Shown: piece after piece, positions 22,380 to 37,066 of the stretch
How the letters are laid out: each line of letters starts with the position of its first letter
How positions within the stretch are numbered: position 1 is the stretch's first letter
Assembly: GCF_003918875.1 (NCBI RefSeq)
Contig: NW_025764915.1
Location: 682,001 to 746,000 of the forward strand
Direction: 5' to 3'
DNA length: 64,000 nt
Source of the DNA: Haliotis rubra
Lineage: Eukaryota
Position numbers and translations under genes: made by a program
The notes under the pieces: model-generated
Told to the model about the DNA's origin: nothing
The model's database searches: none
What the model saw: only the letters and a program-made list of their open reading frames with translations

Positions 22380-22725
22380 CAGCATCTGCCACCGTTCCTT
22401 ATAGTAGTGTAACCCTAGAGTATGAGCAATGTTAGCTGGGGGTGTATCATAACGGTAATCACCTCTCTCCACCCACGCCACGCACACCTTAGCGTAGTCC
22501 GGGGGATTTTGCAAGACATTATCTATGGTATTGAAACCATCTGACATCGCTATCACAGGGTTATTGAGTGTGTACTCGGGGAAGGTCAGGGGCAACGTCT
22601 ACCATTCTGTGTCATCATTCATAATGCATAGGGTTCAGTGTGACAAGGGAGGCGCAACTATTGTACTTAACGTCATAATTGGTGAATGGGACAATGCGTT
22701 GTGCAATGAACATGTATAATTATTG
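22380..22725 (-). pseudogene. Decayed CTL-like domain
   Basis: LYMF...NSCASLVTLN / EW*T...MSDG...PPDYAKVCVAWVERGDYRYD; cut by the Academ-like element. Confidence 0.35.
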
Positions 22726-22951
22726 ATTGCAATATGTATAATACATTGTTGTGTGTGAGAGAGAGAGGGAGACAGAGAGAGAGAGACAGAGAGTGTGTGT
22801 GATATCATATGAATAAATATTCGTGTGTGAATTATGTACATTCGCGATTCAGTGCCCATTGAGATCATGTGTTATTTTTAGAAGAATTTTTGGTGGAAAT
22901 CAACATGATTGTAGAGAATGTGTTGAGAATGGTCTCTCTCCTCTGTTCTCT

Positions 22952-22953
<2 letters not shown>

Positions 22954-23019
<66 letters not shown>
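22954..23019. repeat. (CT)n microsatellite
   Basis: Directly visible. Confidence 0.97.
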
Positions 23020-23022
<3 letters not shown>

Positions 23023-23319
23023 TTCTCACTATATATTATAAGTTTTTATAAAAGTAAGTAATCAGACGAAATGGTAAACTGCATATTTCATCACCCGTAA
23101 AGCTCCCTGACTCTTCTCTCCCCATCTCCTTCCCTCCCCTTTTCTCTCCCTCAGTCTCTCTTCCTCTCTCTCCCTCTTTCGTTCTTTCTCCCCTGCCCCC
23201 CCTCTCTCCTGACTTTACACGTCAATATTAAGGAACATGTTATACAATATACATGTTTTCTCCTCATGGACTGGACTGACTGACTGTATATCTATCATGC
23301 TCTTAGATGCTGCATTGCC

Positions 23320-23572
23320 TACCCCCATTGATAACACAGGTTCTTCATCAAGGCAATAGTTGATTTCCCTACATATCTACACCACGACACCCTAATGCAC
23401 CACCTGTCACCCCAAACTGACGCTCCATGTGAGAATGGGTTATCTCTGTTTGATAGCAAACCTGAAATAGGCACTCACTCATGTCGATACACGGTACATG
23501 TTGTTGATTGCTGTCATACGTGACACGAACACGTGGTGCAACAGCTCCACGACACCATATACTGCGGAACAC
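23320..23572 (-). pseudogene. Possible decayed CTL-end + PAN-like remnant
   Basis: HVPCIDMSECLFQVC ... INYCLDEE. Confidence 0.2.
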
Positions 23573-23843
23573 GATATATCTACATCTGTTTGATGGTCAT
23601 AGGTCAAAGGATTGGACATTGCAGGTGTAGCCACCTTTATGTCGACTTTCTTAAGTCAAAGTAATTCACTTTTTCTCGAATATAAAGAAACTAATAAAAA
23701 TTTGAGCACATCCGGAGTGTAAGATGAGGTTTAGGTGCTTAGGTGCTTTGCAGTATATGTCAGCATCTATACCTAATAGCTGGCTCTGTCATGATAGAGT
23801 TTAGATATCATAGTTCGTGTAGGTACCACCTTATATGACTCGA

Positions 23844-24768
23844 CAGATTATTAGATACCATGAAGGTACAATATGATCTCTCGCAGATTGTCAGATACCA
23901 TTAAGGTACCATATGATCTCTCGCAGATTGTTAGATACCATGAAGGTACCAATATGATCTCTCGCAGATTGTTAGATACCATGAAGGTACCAATATGATC
24001 TCTCGCAGATTGTTAGATACCATGAAGGTACCAATATGATCTCTCGCAGATTGTACCAATATGATCTCAGATTGTTAGATACCATGAAGGTACCAATATG
24101 ATCTCGCAGTTATACCATGAAGGTACCAATATGATCTCTCGCAGATTGTTAGATACCATGAAGGTACCATGAAGGTTAGATACCATGAAGGTACCAATAT
24201 GATCTCGCAGATTGTTAGATACCATGAAGGTACTGATCTCTCGCAGATTGTTAGATACCATGAAGGTACCAATATGATCTCTCGCAGATTGTTAGATACC
24301 ATGAAGGTACCAATATGATCTCTCGCAGATTGTTAGATACCATGAAGGTACCAATATGATCTCTCGCAGATTGTTAGATACCATGAAGGTACCAATATGA
24401 TCTCTCCATGAAGGTACCAATATGATCTCTCGCAGATTGTTAGATACCATGAAGGTACAATATGATCTCTCGCAGATTGTTAGATACCATGAAGGTACCA
24501 ATATGATCTCTCGCAGATTGTTAGATACCATGAAGGTACCAATATGATCTCTCGCAGATTGTTAGATACCATGATATGAATTGTTAGATACCATGAAGGT
24601 ACCAATATGATCTCTCGCAGATTGTTAGATACCATGAAGGTACCAATATGATCTCTCGCTACCATGTTCTCTCGCAGATTGTTAGATACCATGAAGGTAC
24701 CAATATGATCTCTCGCAGATTGTTAGATACCATGAAGGTACCAATATCTCTCGTAGATTGTCAGATAC
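23844..24768 (+). repeat. 41-bp minisatellite, >20 units
   Basis: Unit GATTGTTAGATACCATGAAGGTACCAATATGATCTCTCGCA; near-identical copies with sporadic internal deletions; no spacers. Confidence 0.97.
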
Positions 24769-24923
24769 ATACAGATTCAGGCGTTTTATATGAAACTATG
24801 GCTGAGATCCACGGGAATTTCAAAGCGATCATATATGATACAGTAGGTATCATTGTGATCATATGAGATGGACATAAGTTACAAACTTTCAATATTTTCA
24901 CTTTCATTTCTTCCAGATGTGAG

Positions 24924-24958
24924 TGAGTGAGTTAAGATTTAAAATCACATCGGCAATA
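24924..24958 (-). mobile_element. Tail-only (extremely 5'-truncated) retroposon insertion
   Basis: RC ATTGCCGATGTGATTTTAAATCTTAACTCACTCA flanked by 12-bp TSD TCCAGATGTGAG (24912-24923 / 24959-24970). Confidence 0.65.
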
Positions 24959-25067
24959 TCCAGATGTGAGGGTTAACAAAATATGTTAAGGTACATTTTT
25001 AGTATGGTTTACCTCAATTCATATTTGACCGAAATATTTTGGGCTTTAAATCGTTATCATCATTACC

Positions 25068-25132
<65 letters not shown>

Positions 25133-25220
25133 CAGCAGCAGCATTAGTATCAGTATTAGTATTAGTAGTTGTTGTTGTAGTCGGTGGTAGTAAAAATAGT
25201 ATTAGTTGCAGCAGCAGTAG
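25068..25220. repeat. (GTA)n microsatellite with degenerate extension
   Basis: Directly visible. Confidence 0.95.
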
Positions 25221-28200
25221 CAATAGAAACAGCAGTGCATCGTGGTAGTTGTCAACGTATATATAAGTACATGTAGGTACGCGAAATAGATTTAAGCGTT
25301 GAAATCCATATCGCCCTTGATGGGGTCGCGAACATATACATGAACACATCTAAATCAGGAATACATAGACTGCCAAAGATGAGTGTAAGAACGCAGACGT
25401 AAATCATTTACAAAATGAAAAACAAATAAAATATACGCTGCAAGCAATCATCGCCCAATAATATCTATGCTCAGTCAGGTACAAACTGTTTTGCTCCAAC
25501 CGCGAAAATGGTGTTTCGGTAATGCCTTATCACAGATAGCTCGTGGTGTCAGACATATTCAGAGGGTTGTGCAGTAATAAACGATGATGAAGCATGTTCG
25601 AAGGAGAAACTGTCGGAAAAGTTGTCATTTCATGCCAGTGACACGCTCGTTCTAGATTTATTAACCTTCACATAACCCCCATCAGTTGGACAAGCCGCGC
25701 TCAGATAACATTAACACAGACCATTTGAAAGGAAACATCATCCTAGCCTCTGCAAAACTGTATGATATATTGAATGTTAACATTTTCATTTCTATTACCA
25801 TAAAATTGCGTAGAATATTGCATATCCTATATTGTACAGTCTATTTGATTACATATGATACATACATGTACATATATAAGAGCACGTTTCAACGATTCCT
25901 TCATTTTGATATACAGAATACACGAAGCGGAACTGGAATGCTGCTCTGCCACTTTAGCGTATGATGCCAATTGTCATGATAATAATAATCAAATAGCTAC
26001 AGGCTCATGTGATGATAGAAGCTGCCACACACTGAACCTAAATGTAGTAATTGATTTTTTACGCAAAGCAATTACACAAACCGTTGCATGTGATCTTATA
26101 TGGCCACCACAAAACGTGTTTACTCGCATCGTTCCAAATATCGATTCCAATGTTCATTATACAATGCTGCATATAAACTCCCATGTATGTGTACAATTTA
26201 GTACATGCATCGATTTTTGAGATCAGGTAGTTGGTACTTATAACTATCCCTACGTCAGTTACGAATGAATAATTATCAAAAACCTTTGTTGATAATTTCA
26301 TTCATCAGCAGTCAGATTATTACGTCAAAGTTTAAAAAGTAACGGCAATATGTCACAGTAATCGTTGTAGCCTTTCTAACGCCACGTGGCCTTGCATAAA
26401 TTAAATATGTTGATGCATGTTTCAACATTTTATGTCAGCTGAATTGTAAATGTATGGCCAAACACTTTGACAACGTGATAATCAATGACACTGATATGTC
26501 AATCTGTTAAATATTAAATAAAATTTCAAGACATATTTTAAATATTCTTCATTTAAGAAACATAAAATACAACACCAATGGCCAATGAAATCTGTCTGGT
26601 AACTTTGGACAGATTCCCTCTGTTAATGATAAGATAGAAGAACTTAGGTGCAAGAAATATCCTAAGACGTTGCCTGTGGTGACTCATTATGAAGTGTATC
26701 TCTGTTACTTTGGGATTTTTGTGTGTGAAAATGTGTTTTCAGAAATATCCCTTCAACTCTGAAACACAGACTTCAAACCATCACTCAAGTCCAAACCAGT
26801 TGTCAAAATGTTAGCCCGATAAACACACAATCACAAGTGAGATTAATGATTGACAACTGCTACAAATTAGTACACCTTATTCATTTGTACAAAAATACAA
26901 GGATTAATAGAAAAAAGTTGTTTACCTGAAAAGAAGCCTACGCATGACAAACTGTATCGAGTGACACACACTGAGAGATTCCGCCATTTTCAAATGTCAT
27001 GTGACTTCTTCAAAGCGTAATATTACTTGGTTAAACAGCTGGACCTCTATGACCACTGTCACGGACAACGGATGGGTACAGTATAATGTCACACACGAAC
27101 CTCATATTCCGTATTTGCCTCAGGAACAATTTCAGAAACTGTAATAACCAGTTCATTTAGTAACTAATTATGTTACCGACATGCCAATGAGGAAAAACGA
27201 AGAGCCAGTTAAAAGCCCTTACTGTGCATTATATAGCAATTTCAAATAGAGAAAGCTTGTATCTAGTTTTATAATGAACACTTGACGATGAAATCATGGA
27301 TATGGAACAACCATTTGTATTGGCTTTGGATGTGCTATGAGCACATTTATATTTTCATTTCTGGATCATAACAGACACATAATCATTACACAATTATAAT
27401 GAATATGTGATGGCTATGTAAATTACGATGTGAATATGTCATGCATAGCATTGGTATTAACCTAGAATATTTGCTACAGTGTCAACATTTGCTTACAGAA
27501 GACTATATACAGAAAGCAGAGAAGGGCTGGTATCGATACAGGACACAAAAATTCTTTCATTCTGGAAAATTGAAAAAACATTTACAATCTGTGTTGTTAT
27601 TTGTGTTGTCAGAGATACTTTATTTAGTTGTCAGAGATACTTTAGTGTTGATGCCTCATAGTGTGCACAGCCATTTTGATAAGGTATTCCAGAACGAAAG
27701 AACTCTCTCGACACATTGAAAGCACTTAATGTCTATGAGGGATGCCTCTTTGTGACAGGACCAGACTGGGTCAGATTATATATTTATTTACATATTGCTT
27801 AGCAGGAGACTTTTACCAGAAAAAAAATACAAATTCATATCGACAATATCAAATGAAGTAACATTATGTTATTGATCAATTTAAATGTCAAGGTAGGGAA
27901 GATTGTCGTCCTACTTTCTTAAAAAACATTTTACGTTGCAGTAAATGTTTTGTTCAGTAAAATCTTGGTCATGAAAGAGTTTGAGAGACGTGCATGAAGG
28001 ACGAAATGTGTAAAGTCTGAATAGACTAAAACGTATTTTAGATGAAGAGAGTCCCCAGAAAGCTACAACATAGAGTCGGAAATGAACACTCAAATGAAAT
28101 AGATTAACATGAAGTGTGTAGGTATACATAAGTGCATGATCTAGACAACACAAAGTACATGTAACGATACAATAGACACGATCAGGGCTCACCAAAAGTG

Positions 28201-28989
28201 ACGTCCACCTCCGGGACTGTGGTAAGAAAAGGAATTACAAATAAGTTCAAATCCTATGTTCAAACTGAAGATAAAATATATTTTAATGTGAGTAAAGTAT
28301 GGTTATGGAGCTATGCAAGGTGTTATGAATACACTCTGTTCAAGCAGAACTGTTCTGTTGAAATGTTATTGATTATTTGTGAGCTTGATTCGTGCATATG
28401 TCACATCTGCCCCAAACAGGGATATTACTTGCAGTATGTTAAAATGTGGAATTTTGTCAATCACAGGAGGTACACTTTGTGAAAATATGTTCAAAATATA
28501 TTTTTTAAAAACACAAAATGGACGTTTCCAATAGTTGGCTCAGGGACAAATTGACCTTAATGTAACTACATCAGAATTCTAGCATTACAAATGCAGAATA
28601 GTACAGGATAGCCTCTTTTACAGGGAATGGTTTGATTCATCAATGGATAGTCGTTATCGCTTGATTAGACAGTTATAATATAACAACTTAACATGAACTC
28701 TATTCATAGTATAGGTAGGAATCACATAAGTAATTTGACATTAACCATGATGCGAACAACAAATGGTCTGCGAGAATCAGGTAAATGATCAATTTGCAGG
28801 CACAGCTGGCCTCAGAACGAATATGTTAGTTACTGCTAGCTACATAGATGTATGAATTAATGTTAGGTGGTATACTCACCCCATAACTGAAGTACACGGT
28901 CAAACGTCGACGGAATTTAACTTTAAGATTTAAAGCTTTTTGGATAGATCCATGAAAGTGTAAAACTTTCGCTCCGGTTGTTGCCAAGC

Positions 28990-29286
28990 CTGTTTTCAGT
29001 AATTTAAGTGTAATTGAGAAGACAAGTTGCAACACACAATTGTGGTTGAAACAGCTGCTGAACATCAATTCCAACGTAGGACATGCTCAAACAAAGGGAC
29101 ATAACTGTCAAATTCGGATCGTGATTTATTTCTACAGCAAATGAAAATATAATACCTGGATTGATTGGGATTACAGAGTGAATATACATCTGGTTGTGAT
29201 ATTGCTGCGCTCCCATCATTTCTGCAGCTTGTCCAGTGACACAAAATGTTATAGAGTTGCAAGAGATGGTATTGATAAAATGACAT
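28990..29286 (-). pseudogene. Decayed CTL-end + PAN-like domain
   Basis: DVYSLCNPNQSRYYIFICC (CTL FIC end), frameshift, then VQQLFQPQLCVATCLLNYT. Confidence 0.35.
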
Positions 29287-29673
29287 ATATATGAGTCATA
29301 TTTCTGTCAAGTACAAAGGATATTGTAAATCAAAACGATCCGACGGTTAGATATTGTCACCAAGCCAGTGATATGAGTGACATAACGTCAATGAATGTGG
29401 ATCGACAATAGTGTAGTTGTTTTCACTACACATTATACCTATTTGTCTGATTTGTGTCACTTTAGTGAAATAATTAAGCCAGGGACTGGAATTTTTCAGC
29501 ACCATACCCGTGCTCTTTGGTTTTGCCTAAGTGGTAAACGTCAAGGTCCTTCATTACTTCGGTGTTTTTCCTTACATTATGCTGACACTCCGCGAGTTTA
29601 CTGAAATACTGTCAAACCTATTCACTCACTATATATGGTATCTGAAAATACCAATAATCAAGTTAAATACACC

Positions 29674-29781
29674 GGTTCATTTCGCCATATAGGTGTAATG
29701 TGTGATGTCCATTCCTGGTATCCCCCGCCGTGGCATTTCTGGAATATTACCCCATGCGGCATAAAATAAACTCACTCTCTC
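29674..29781 (+). mobile_element. SINE family A, diverged 3' part
   Basis: CCCCCGCCGTGGCATTTCTGGAATATT...GCGGCATAAAATAAACTCACTC. Confidence 0.7.
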
Positions 29782-30349
29782 TTTGGATATGTTAAAACAA
29801 ACCGTTTATTCCAATCTAATCACTGACAGCTGTTGTCTATGATAGTAGGTTTGTAAGACAGCTGTGAAAGGGCAACACCTCAGTTAGTCTATTTTTTTTA
29901 AATCGCGTACTTCTGATGTAAATATAGATAAATAGCGCATATGTGGGCGAAGTGGGCCTTATGCCTATTGGAAATAATGATTATGGTAAACATTAAGTCT
30001 AGTAACCTTGCATATTATACATGTACTTGTACATATAATGTCCATTACAAGTCAAACGTAAAGAGACATCAAGTGTTTTCTTATCCAAAGAATCACAGGA
30101 GGAAGAATCATGAGACACAATGTGTAATAATTGATTATGCAATTTATGAATTCCCGTTTGTGCCAGGAATTTCATTCTTTGAGATTCTATAATATAAAAG
30201 AGTTATACGCAGCAGCAAAGGGTAGCAACAAAATGAATCAAAATTATTTAAATTGAACATAAGCGCGTTTCTATAGGGGAATAGGTGTTCATTTCAATGG
30301 AGGAATTGAAATATATACATAAATAAACATACTCTCAAGCTGTCTGCTT

Positions 30350-30830
30350 CATCAAACAAGCTTCATCAAACACATTCCTGCTTGACAACGGTTTTGAAAC
30401 CTTGCACTCACAAACTAGAAGTTTTCATCTATAAAGTTGTCAGTATTGAACTTCCCAACTTCTAAAATGCCACTCAAACAAGACACACTCTTCTGGCTTG
30501 AAACTAAGCGCCTAGGATACAAGCATGAATCTCTTACACACGATAATATTCTACAAAGAAGGAATTGAAAGTCACCTGATTCAGATAAATGTGGCCTGCA
30601 TATGGAAGCATGACCCTCAGATATTCCCCGGTTTGGTCATCCAGAAGTAGAGGTTAGTCATGTTTTAATGCTGTCAAAACGTCGACAACATATCCTCCAT
30701 TAAATAACACATCAGACGCGAGTATAACTTTGTAATGAAGCATACAATGAAAGGACACACACCGATACTTGTACAGTTAGGACTGTTGATGACAACGAGA
30801 CACGTGTCGAATGCTTGTGTGCAACGGATA
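30350..30830 (-). pseudogene. Decayed CTL + PAN-like gene
   Basis: AFDTCLVVINS ... YFWMTKPGNI*GSCFHM ... NIIVCKR ... FVSARFQNRCQAGMCL, in CTL-then-PAN order. Confidence 0.45.
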
Positions 30831-32689
30831 CTATAATGAAAGAAATTTGACAACCATGATCACAACTTGTCATTGATTCCAAAATGACAATGAATTTGTT
30901 TTTGTTTTTTTCTACAATAAAGAAACCTACCTTAACAATAGAGTATAGGACAGTCCACAGTCATATCACCTGAAGGAGAGCTACTTCCAATCCTTCAGAA
31001 GGCGTGTCACAGATTCGTCTTATGGTTAGGCAATGATTGCATGTGGGAGTAAGGATGGTCTCTACTCACCGCATCTCAGCCCAACGTTTTCCAATAGGAA
31101 AACCATGACAGATGTTTCCTATAGATTCTTCTATGTACTGAGCAAACAAACCTCGGCGAAATATTGCTAAATACAAGCAGATTTATTTCTCTTGACGATA
31201 AGACAATAAGAATGTGCTTGTTTGGAAATGCCACTGCCTTCACAGTGAGAATCCAAATATTATGAAGTGTGATAATACCGGGTTAATTCTCTATCATGTT
31301 CAAAGAGGTATGGATGTTAGCATAACCACAGAAAGACTTTACTGGCGCAAAGTACACAGAGTAGAGACTTGAACAGTGTATACTAGTATCAGATTTTGTA
31401 TTTAGAAATTACAGACGGAACTAAAATCAAAGATTTTAAGGAAGAAATGGTTTGTACATTTATGCACAGACATACATGAACAGTTTGCTTACAAAGCTTT
31501 ATTATATATCTTTCATTGATATCTATTCCTGCAGAGAGGCCCTTAAGCAGCCTGTGAAAGCTTAATTGTTACTTTTGAAGAGGCGTTGGCGAGTTACGTT
31601 CCTTCACAGAGATATTGAGCATCTTTTGTTGTACAGACAATATTCGAGCACCAGCAACCGCCTATGAAGCCATTTACTAGTATTACGTTCAATCCGAATG
31701 TCGTATAACACCTGTAATACCATAATGACACTGCGAAGTGCTGTGCAGTTTATGTCTGTTATTTGAACTTAAATTATACAAATTATAATATATGGTTACA
31801 GGTTACCGGGTTTCTATTCAATTTTAAAAGCTGTATGCTATTTTTTCGTTTAAAGCAGGACTATTCTAACCGTATAACACGTCCTGTAAATAACCAAGTC
31901 TGGACCAATCAGATGAGATTCAGAAGCAGTGACAAGTAATGAAAGGCCATGGTTCACATGTTCACGAACTGGGACGCTGAAATTTCCATATCGATCGTGA
32001 CTGTTCATTTAGAATTTAACATCATGGCTTATGATAGTTTATAGTTTTACAAATCTGTAACTTATACATAAATATTATCATTTATATGATGATCTTCTTT
32101 GGCTTTCACGGGAATAAATATTATATTTATCCATCTGACTTAGTAGGCGTAATATCCAATTCTGAAATAGGCCAGTAAAGTGGACGTTGTTGTCCTCAGC
32201 TGTGTCAAATGTTTCCTTATCGTAATTTTCAGAGTTCCGTGATGTACGTACTTGTGAGTATCACTGTCTCCTGCCACTTGTATCACGGACGGCTGCACAA
32301 AAAGAGTACCTATGTGTGGAATCAAGCATTGACCACATGTGTCCCAAGCGATCCTTCAACCTTCTAGCTTTCCAAACTCTGAACAACGTTATTGTGAATT
32401 CAATAGTACTACACTATCATCGTCATATTTAAAACCCTACATATTAAACAATGCCCTGGTTAAATTATTTCGTTGATTAATTAATCGAACATTGCCATTC
32501 AGAGAGCAGGTCATTTTCTGACCTTAAACAGTTAAAGGGTTTGAAAATGAACAACTCCTACCTGATTAATTTAAATGTGGTGGACCTGAAAACACACCAT
32601 GCCTAACCACCTTCATCAGATTGCATTGCATTCACATTAATCTCCTCCGACGGGCATTAGATGTTCTCTATTGTCAGATATTTGTTATA

Positions 32690-32818
32690 TACTGGACAAA
32701 AATAGTTAGAGATATATGTAAATTTTGAAATTATGAATAATGATCTATTTATTAATTGACACACTGATAAGATATCAATCATAAAAGTACCAATATCCCT
32801 AACTTATTTTGTCCAGTA
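32690..32818. mobile_element. Tc1/mariner-type MITE
   Basis: TIRs TACTGGACAAAAATAGTTAGAGATAT / ATATCCCTAACTTATTTTGTCCAGTA with TA on both sides. Confidence 0.85.
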
Positions 32819-35800
32819 TATATGGAATGTAACAAGACATATTTGCCTTTGATGTATACTGACTTATTTCATCTGGGTATTTCAACATCTGTGTATTTTT
32901 GAGAACATACAAACACCTTCAAGATGACTAGTTCGTATTATGATTAACCATGTATCATATCGGTACATTTTTTGTTTACAACATGAAACTGTTCAGATGA
33001 AGACACACTCATTGATAATATTGTATATTAACAACAATATCATAACATACAGTTCCGTGAATTTATATAACATTGTACAACGTTTGCAAACACTGTACCA
33101 TGACCATTTTTATATAGAACCACTATGCGTTTATTGTAAGTATCTTTGCAGGTGGCAAATTATTGTAGGTATAATCCAACCCAAACTGTACACCTGTTGC
33201 GTAATCAATAGGTGCACAAAGGCAGTAAGCAGGCGTCCTTCAAACATTATATTGATCTCAGTATATAGGCGTGTACATATAGTTATCACCATCGATGTCC
33301 ATTTAGTGCTGTGGACATGATCTATGATGGTAGTAGTATGTCATTGATCGTTGAGTGCTATTTCATTTGAGTAGTGCCTTTTAGTTGTAAGGCGGAAGGG
33401 TTATATACTGATCACGACCGATGATTATTTTACATGTGTAATATGCTACTGTTAAGCTCTGTGGCTACTGATGGAGGAACAATTTGAACATGTTTAGTAT
33501 TTTAGGTGTGTGTTTGTGTGCGCGCGTGCGTGCGTGTGTGTTGGGCGGGATGACGGGTGTGTTGAAATTGAGACACTATCTCAACCCATTTGGGCTATTC
33601 CCAATCTTCCAGCTTGTGTGAGTGAGTGAGTTGGGATAAACACAGATTTGAAGAGTACTGTACCAGTTTGACCTGTTTAAGAAATTTCGACAACTATGAA
33701 ATAAGCTTCGAACAATGTGACTGCCACTTAATGCTGGCGTAGTAGTAATGTAAGGTTAAATGCACATGTATTCATAGATATTACTGAATAAATGATTGCA
33801 GAGGTGGAAACATGTACGATTGGTAACAATCACCAAATGGTAATCACATATCTTTTAGGTGTATGCACGTACGTTTGTATGTACGCATGGATGGATGATC
33901 GGATGGATGGATTACCGTATGAATAGATGGATGCATGGATCGATGGATAGTCCGTCGCTGCTCAGTCTTGCTTTGTCAGCTCTGTAAACTATTTCTGATA
34001 CATTAAAAGCCTATATCTATATTTCATTTCACCGTTTTAAAGACACTATTGCAATTTTGATTTAAATGTTACAGAAAGGACCAAAACAAACACACCTGTA
34101 TATTGCACCAACCATGACTGGCGCTCGCTGACCCCCTGGTGTCAGTAGGGCACGTGCGGCACATATGTAATGCACGTGCACCCCGTACACAAGCGCGGCG
34201 TAATTCTCGCGAGATATCATGTAGCTGTGATGATCTCAACAAGATGGTGTATGATAGTGTTGCTGTTCTACAAAGTCGCTTTTTCGTACGTGTTTCTTTC
34301 CAAAACATTTCTGTTAACCTATTTGTAAACCTATTATATTTTCATCTCCTTTGACATATTATCACGAATATAATTCTTAACTTTCCCCTTTAAATTGCAA
34401 ACCGTTGACACATTTCCTTGACACTTTCAACCATTTCAATGTATATAGGAACTCTGAAAGGCTGGGAAACTGAAATATAGTAAGAGTTCTAGATCTACAA
34501 CAGACATAAACAGAAACAGTATACTACTAACGTATATTAACATATCTATATAAAAAGGTACTAGATATACTTAAAAGGACGGTAAAGGGTGTTTTACGTT
34601 CACTATGTTTCCCTGACTAGTATAATACAGATATAAGTAAATTGAGTACTGCTCCTGAAAGATGGCATGAACATTTCCATCGCCATCTGACCTGAAACAA
34701 ATATTGTTTGAAATAACAGTAAATATAATCAGTATCCCATAGTAATTTCTACTTACATCTTGACGGCTTTTTGTGGTCAGGTATTTCTACCTGGACGTCT
34801 CTATCGGTGGGTCTCTTTCTGATAACTGTAGGTAAACGTCATAAGCAATTAAACCAACAGATCGATGGCGACTCAGTCTGAGAAAAGTTGACGGTAGATC
34901 ACGCAGCGAGTACAACAATCAATATCCAGTACGGTGTTTATTTGTAAGCATACCGCCAGATGCAAAGCCATCACAAGTGTTACCAAATTTGGTGTAGAGT
35001 ACACAAAAATCAATAGCTGAAATTTCACGGTTCTTTCAGTATTTCACAGTATTTGGCAAAAGAAATCCAATTTAGGTAGCTCTCGGGTTGAGCCATCCAC
35101 ATCCATTAAAAGAATTAAATCGTAAATGTCTTATGATTCTTTCATCTGACAGTGTGCACTGCAACCACTGCTTCTGTATCAAGCCCTCACATTATCCGCC
35201 AGCTCTCAACCTCGCCACCTTGAGGCAAGAAATAAGTCTTAAACTTAAGCGATCCAACCTAATCACAGGTAGAGCGCCACCTATACCTGTCAGCATCACA
35301 AACTGGGGGATATAATCTTCATTCACTGATAGCATCCCCAATTCACGTCAAGCTTTATGTACAGTTTGATGATCCGCCAAAACTGTATATGGTTAATTCT
35401 TGTCACATTGCTAATAACAGCCTCATTCCACCTTCATATGCCCTATCCCTCATAAAGCCAGTAATTAGCTACACCTTTCAGGATGGCATAACGGGACCCC
35501 TAAGGTAACGGCCTGCTGGTACTTGCGATTAAGTGTTCACACAGGAAGACAATTTTAACGTCTTAGATGGTGAACTTAAATCACTTCTTTCACCGACCTC
35601 GTTGAGATTTTGAGGCTTGAGATAAGGTGTGCCAAGTGTGTCTTGTGTTTGAAGCGCTCCTGTTTTAAATAAAATAAGCTTGACTCAACGTCAGAACACT
35701 TCAAAAGGGCATGCACTTCTTCGCCTGCAACCTAAGAACTTTACACTTTTAATCAACCTTCTCTTTTTTCACTGAAGACTGAACATATCACTGAAAGCTG

Positions 35801-36819
35801 AATCATCCAAAATCTATGGCTTCAAGGTTGAAATGATTCTATCGATCAATGTAACCTGATACTATGACGTCTGTCGATATGACTTTATTGATGATTAACA
35901 TACTGGTACACAGATACGACTGTATATCAGGCAAATAGTAAATTAATCCCCATACCCACTGGGTCCTGTTCTTTTTGAAATGCAATGCTGTTTCAGCTCA
36001 AATTGACCCAGTATCCAAATCTTTCAAAACAGATTTTCTTTACTTGATTTCAATTTAATCATGTTCACAATATACCATTCTACATTCGGGATCATTCAAA
36101 AAGGTTTTTAATACGTGTCATTGTCAATTATGTCTTTTTTATCTATTATGTGCATATTTTTGTTATAACACTTTATCCATATTCATATATTTGATAAGCA
36201 AGTAGACTTTGCTAGTTTATATCACATTTCCGATTTTCCAATCGTATCAAATGATGGAATATTCACTTTTCGTTCAAAATATTACATACCATGTCAGCTT
36301 TCCTTTGATGACATCAGATGGCTGCACCTAATATGGCTGTCAATTGGAAGGGGTGCAGGTGCATGACTCACTGTGTCTGGTTACGATTAACATTCTTCAA
36401 TCAAATAACGAGGCACTGATGACCTCCTTAGACCCCTATCAGATGTTTGTCACCGTGTAATTTGCAACAACGGGGATAGAATGTTCTGATTTTGCACCCT
36501 TTCTCCCCAGACTTCAGTTCCCGTTTCCAGGCGTTATCAGTACGAACCTGATTATCCATGTGACCTGTAAAACTCACTTATAAAGTAAAGGGGAAGATGT
36601 TCTTTGGTTACCTTGTTCTGTTACCTATGTAAAAGTACTAGAATTAAAAACAGACCGCGTATGGTTTAACAGCATGTACACGTGCATTAAAAACATAGCT
36701 TCATAATTTTGTAACTGGTGATAATTAAATTATATTATCACGAATGAACATATATATAGTGTGAAACCAGATAGAATTGAAGAAATTATATCTGTACCAA
36801 GGATCTTCAGACTTTTGTC

Positions 36820-36822
<3 letters not shown>

Positions 36823-36870
<48 letters not shown>
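36823..36870. repeat. (TG)n microsatellite
   Basis: Directly visible. Confidence 0.97.
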
Positions 36871-36874
<4 letters not shown>

Positions 36875-37066
36875 GAAACAACACAAGTTTGCATTTTCGA
36901 AAATATCAAATTATTACAGATTAAAATTAATATGCAGCAGTGAGGGGTTGGGTGGTCCTGGCACAGACAGGCTGGTAAAGCTCACCATCAGCTTAAGTAC
37001 CCTTGTCCCTTCTACACACAACCCAGACAGCGAATGGGGCTTCTCCCAGGAAACGCTGCCTAGTCG

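Noticed and set aside
23844-24768. CRISPR-like array
   Set aside because: Contiguous 41-bp units with no unique spacers, no cas genes, eukaryotic context.
25014-25349. Poly-Thr/poly-Val ORFs (also 49889-50461)
   Set aside because: Trinucleotide microsatellites, one spanning Ns.
25565-26020. Plus-strand CTL/PAN remnant (GCAVIND..., ELECCSATLAYDANC)
   Set aside because: Suggestive, but spacing is irregular and the strand is opposite to the array; not called without HMM support.
34036-34393. Kolobok-like MITE or promoter (TCTCGCGAGA at 34205-34214, AAGATGG)
   Set aside because: TTAA-AG..CT-TTAA ends match over only a few bases; cannot distinguish TE from promoter by eye.
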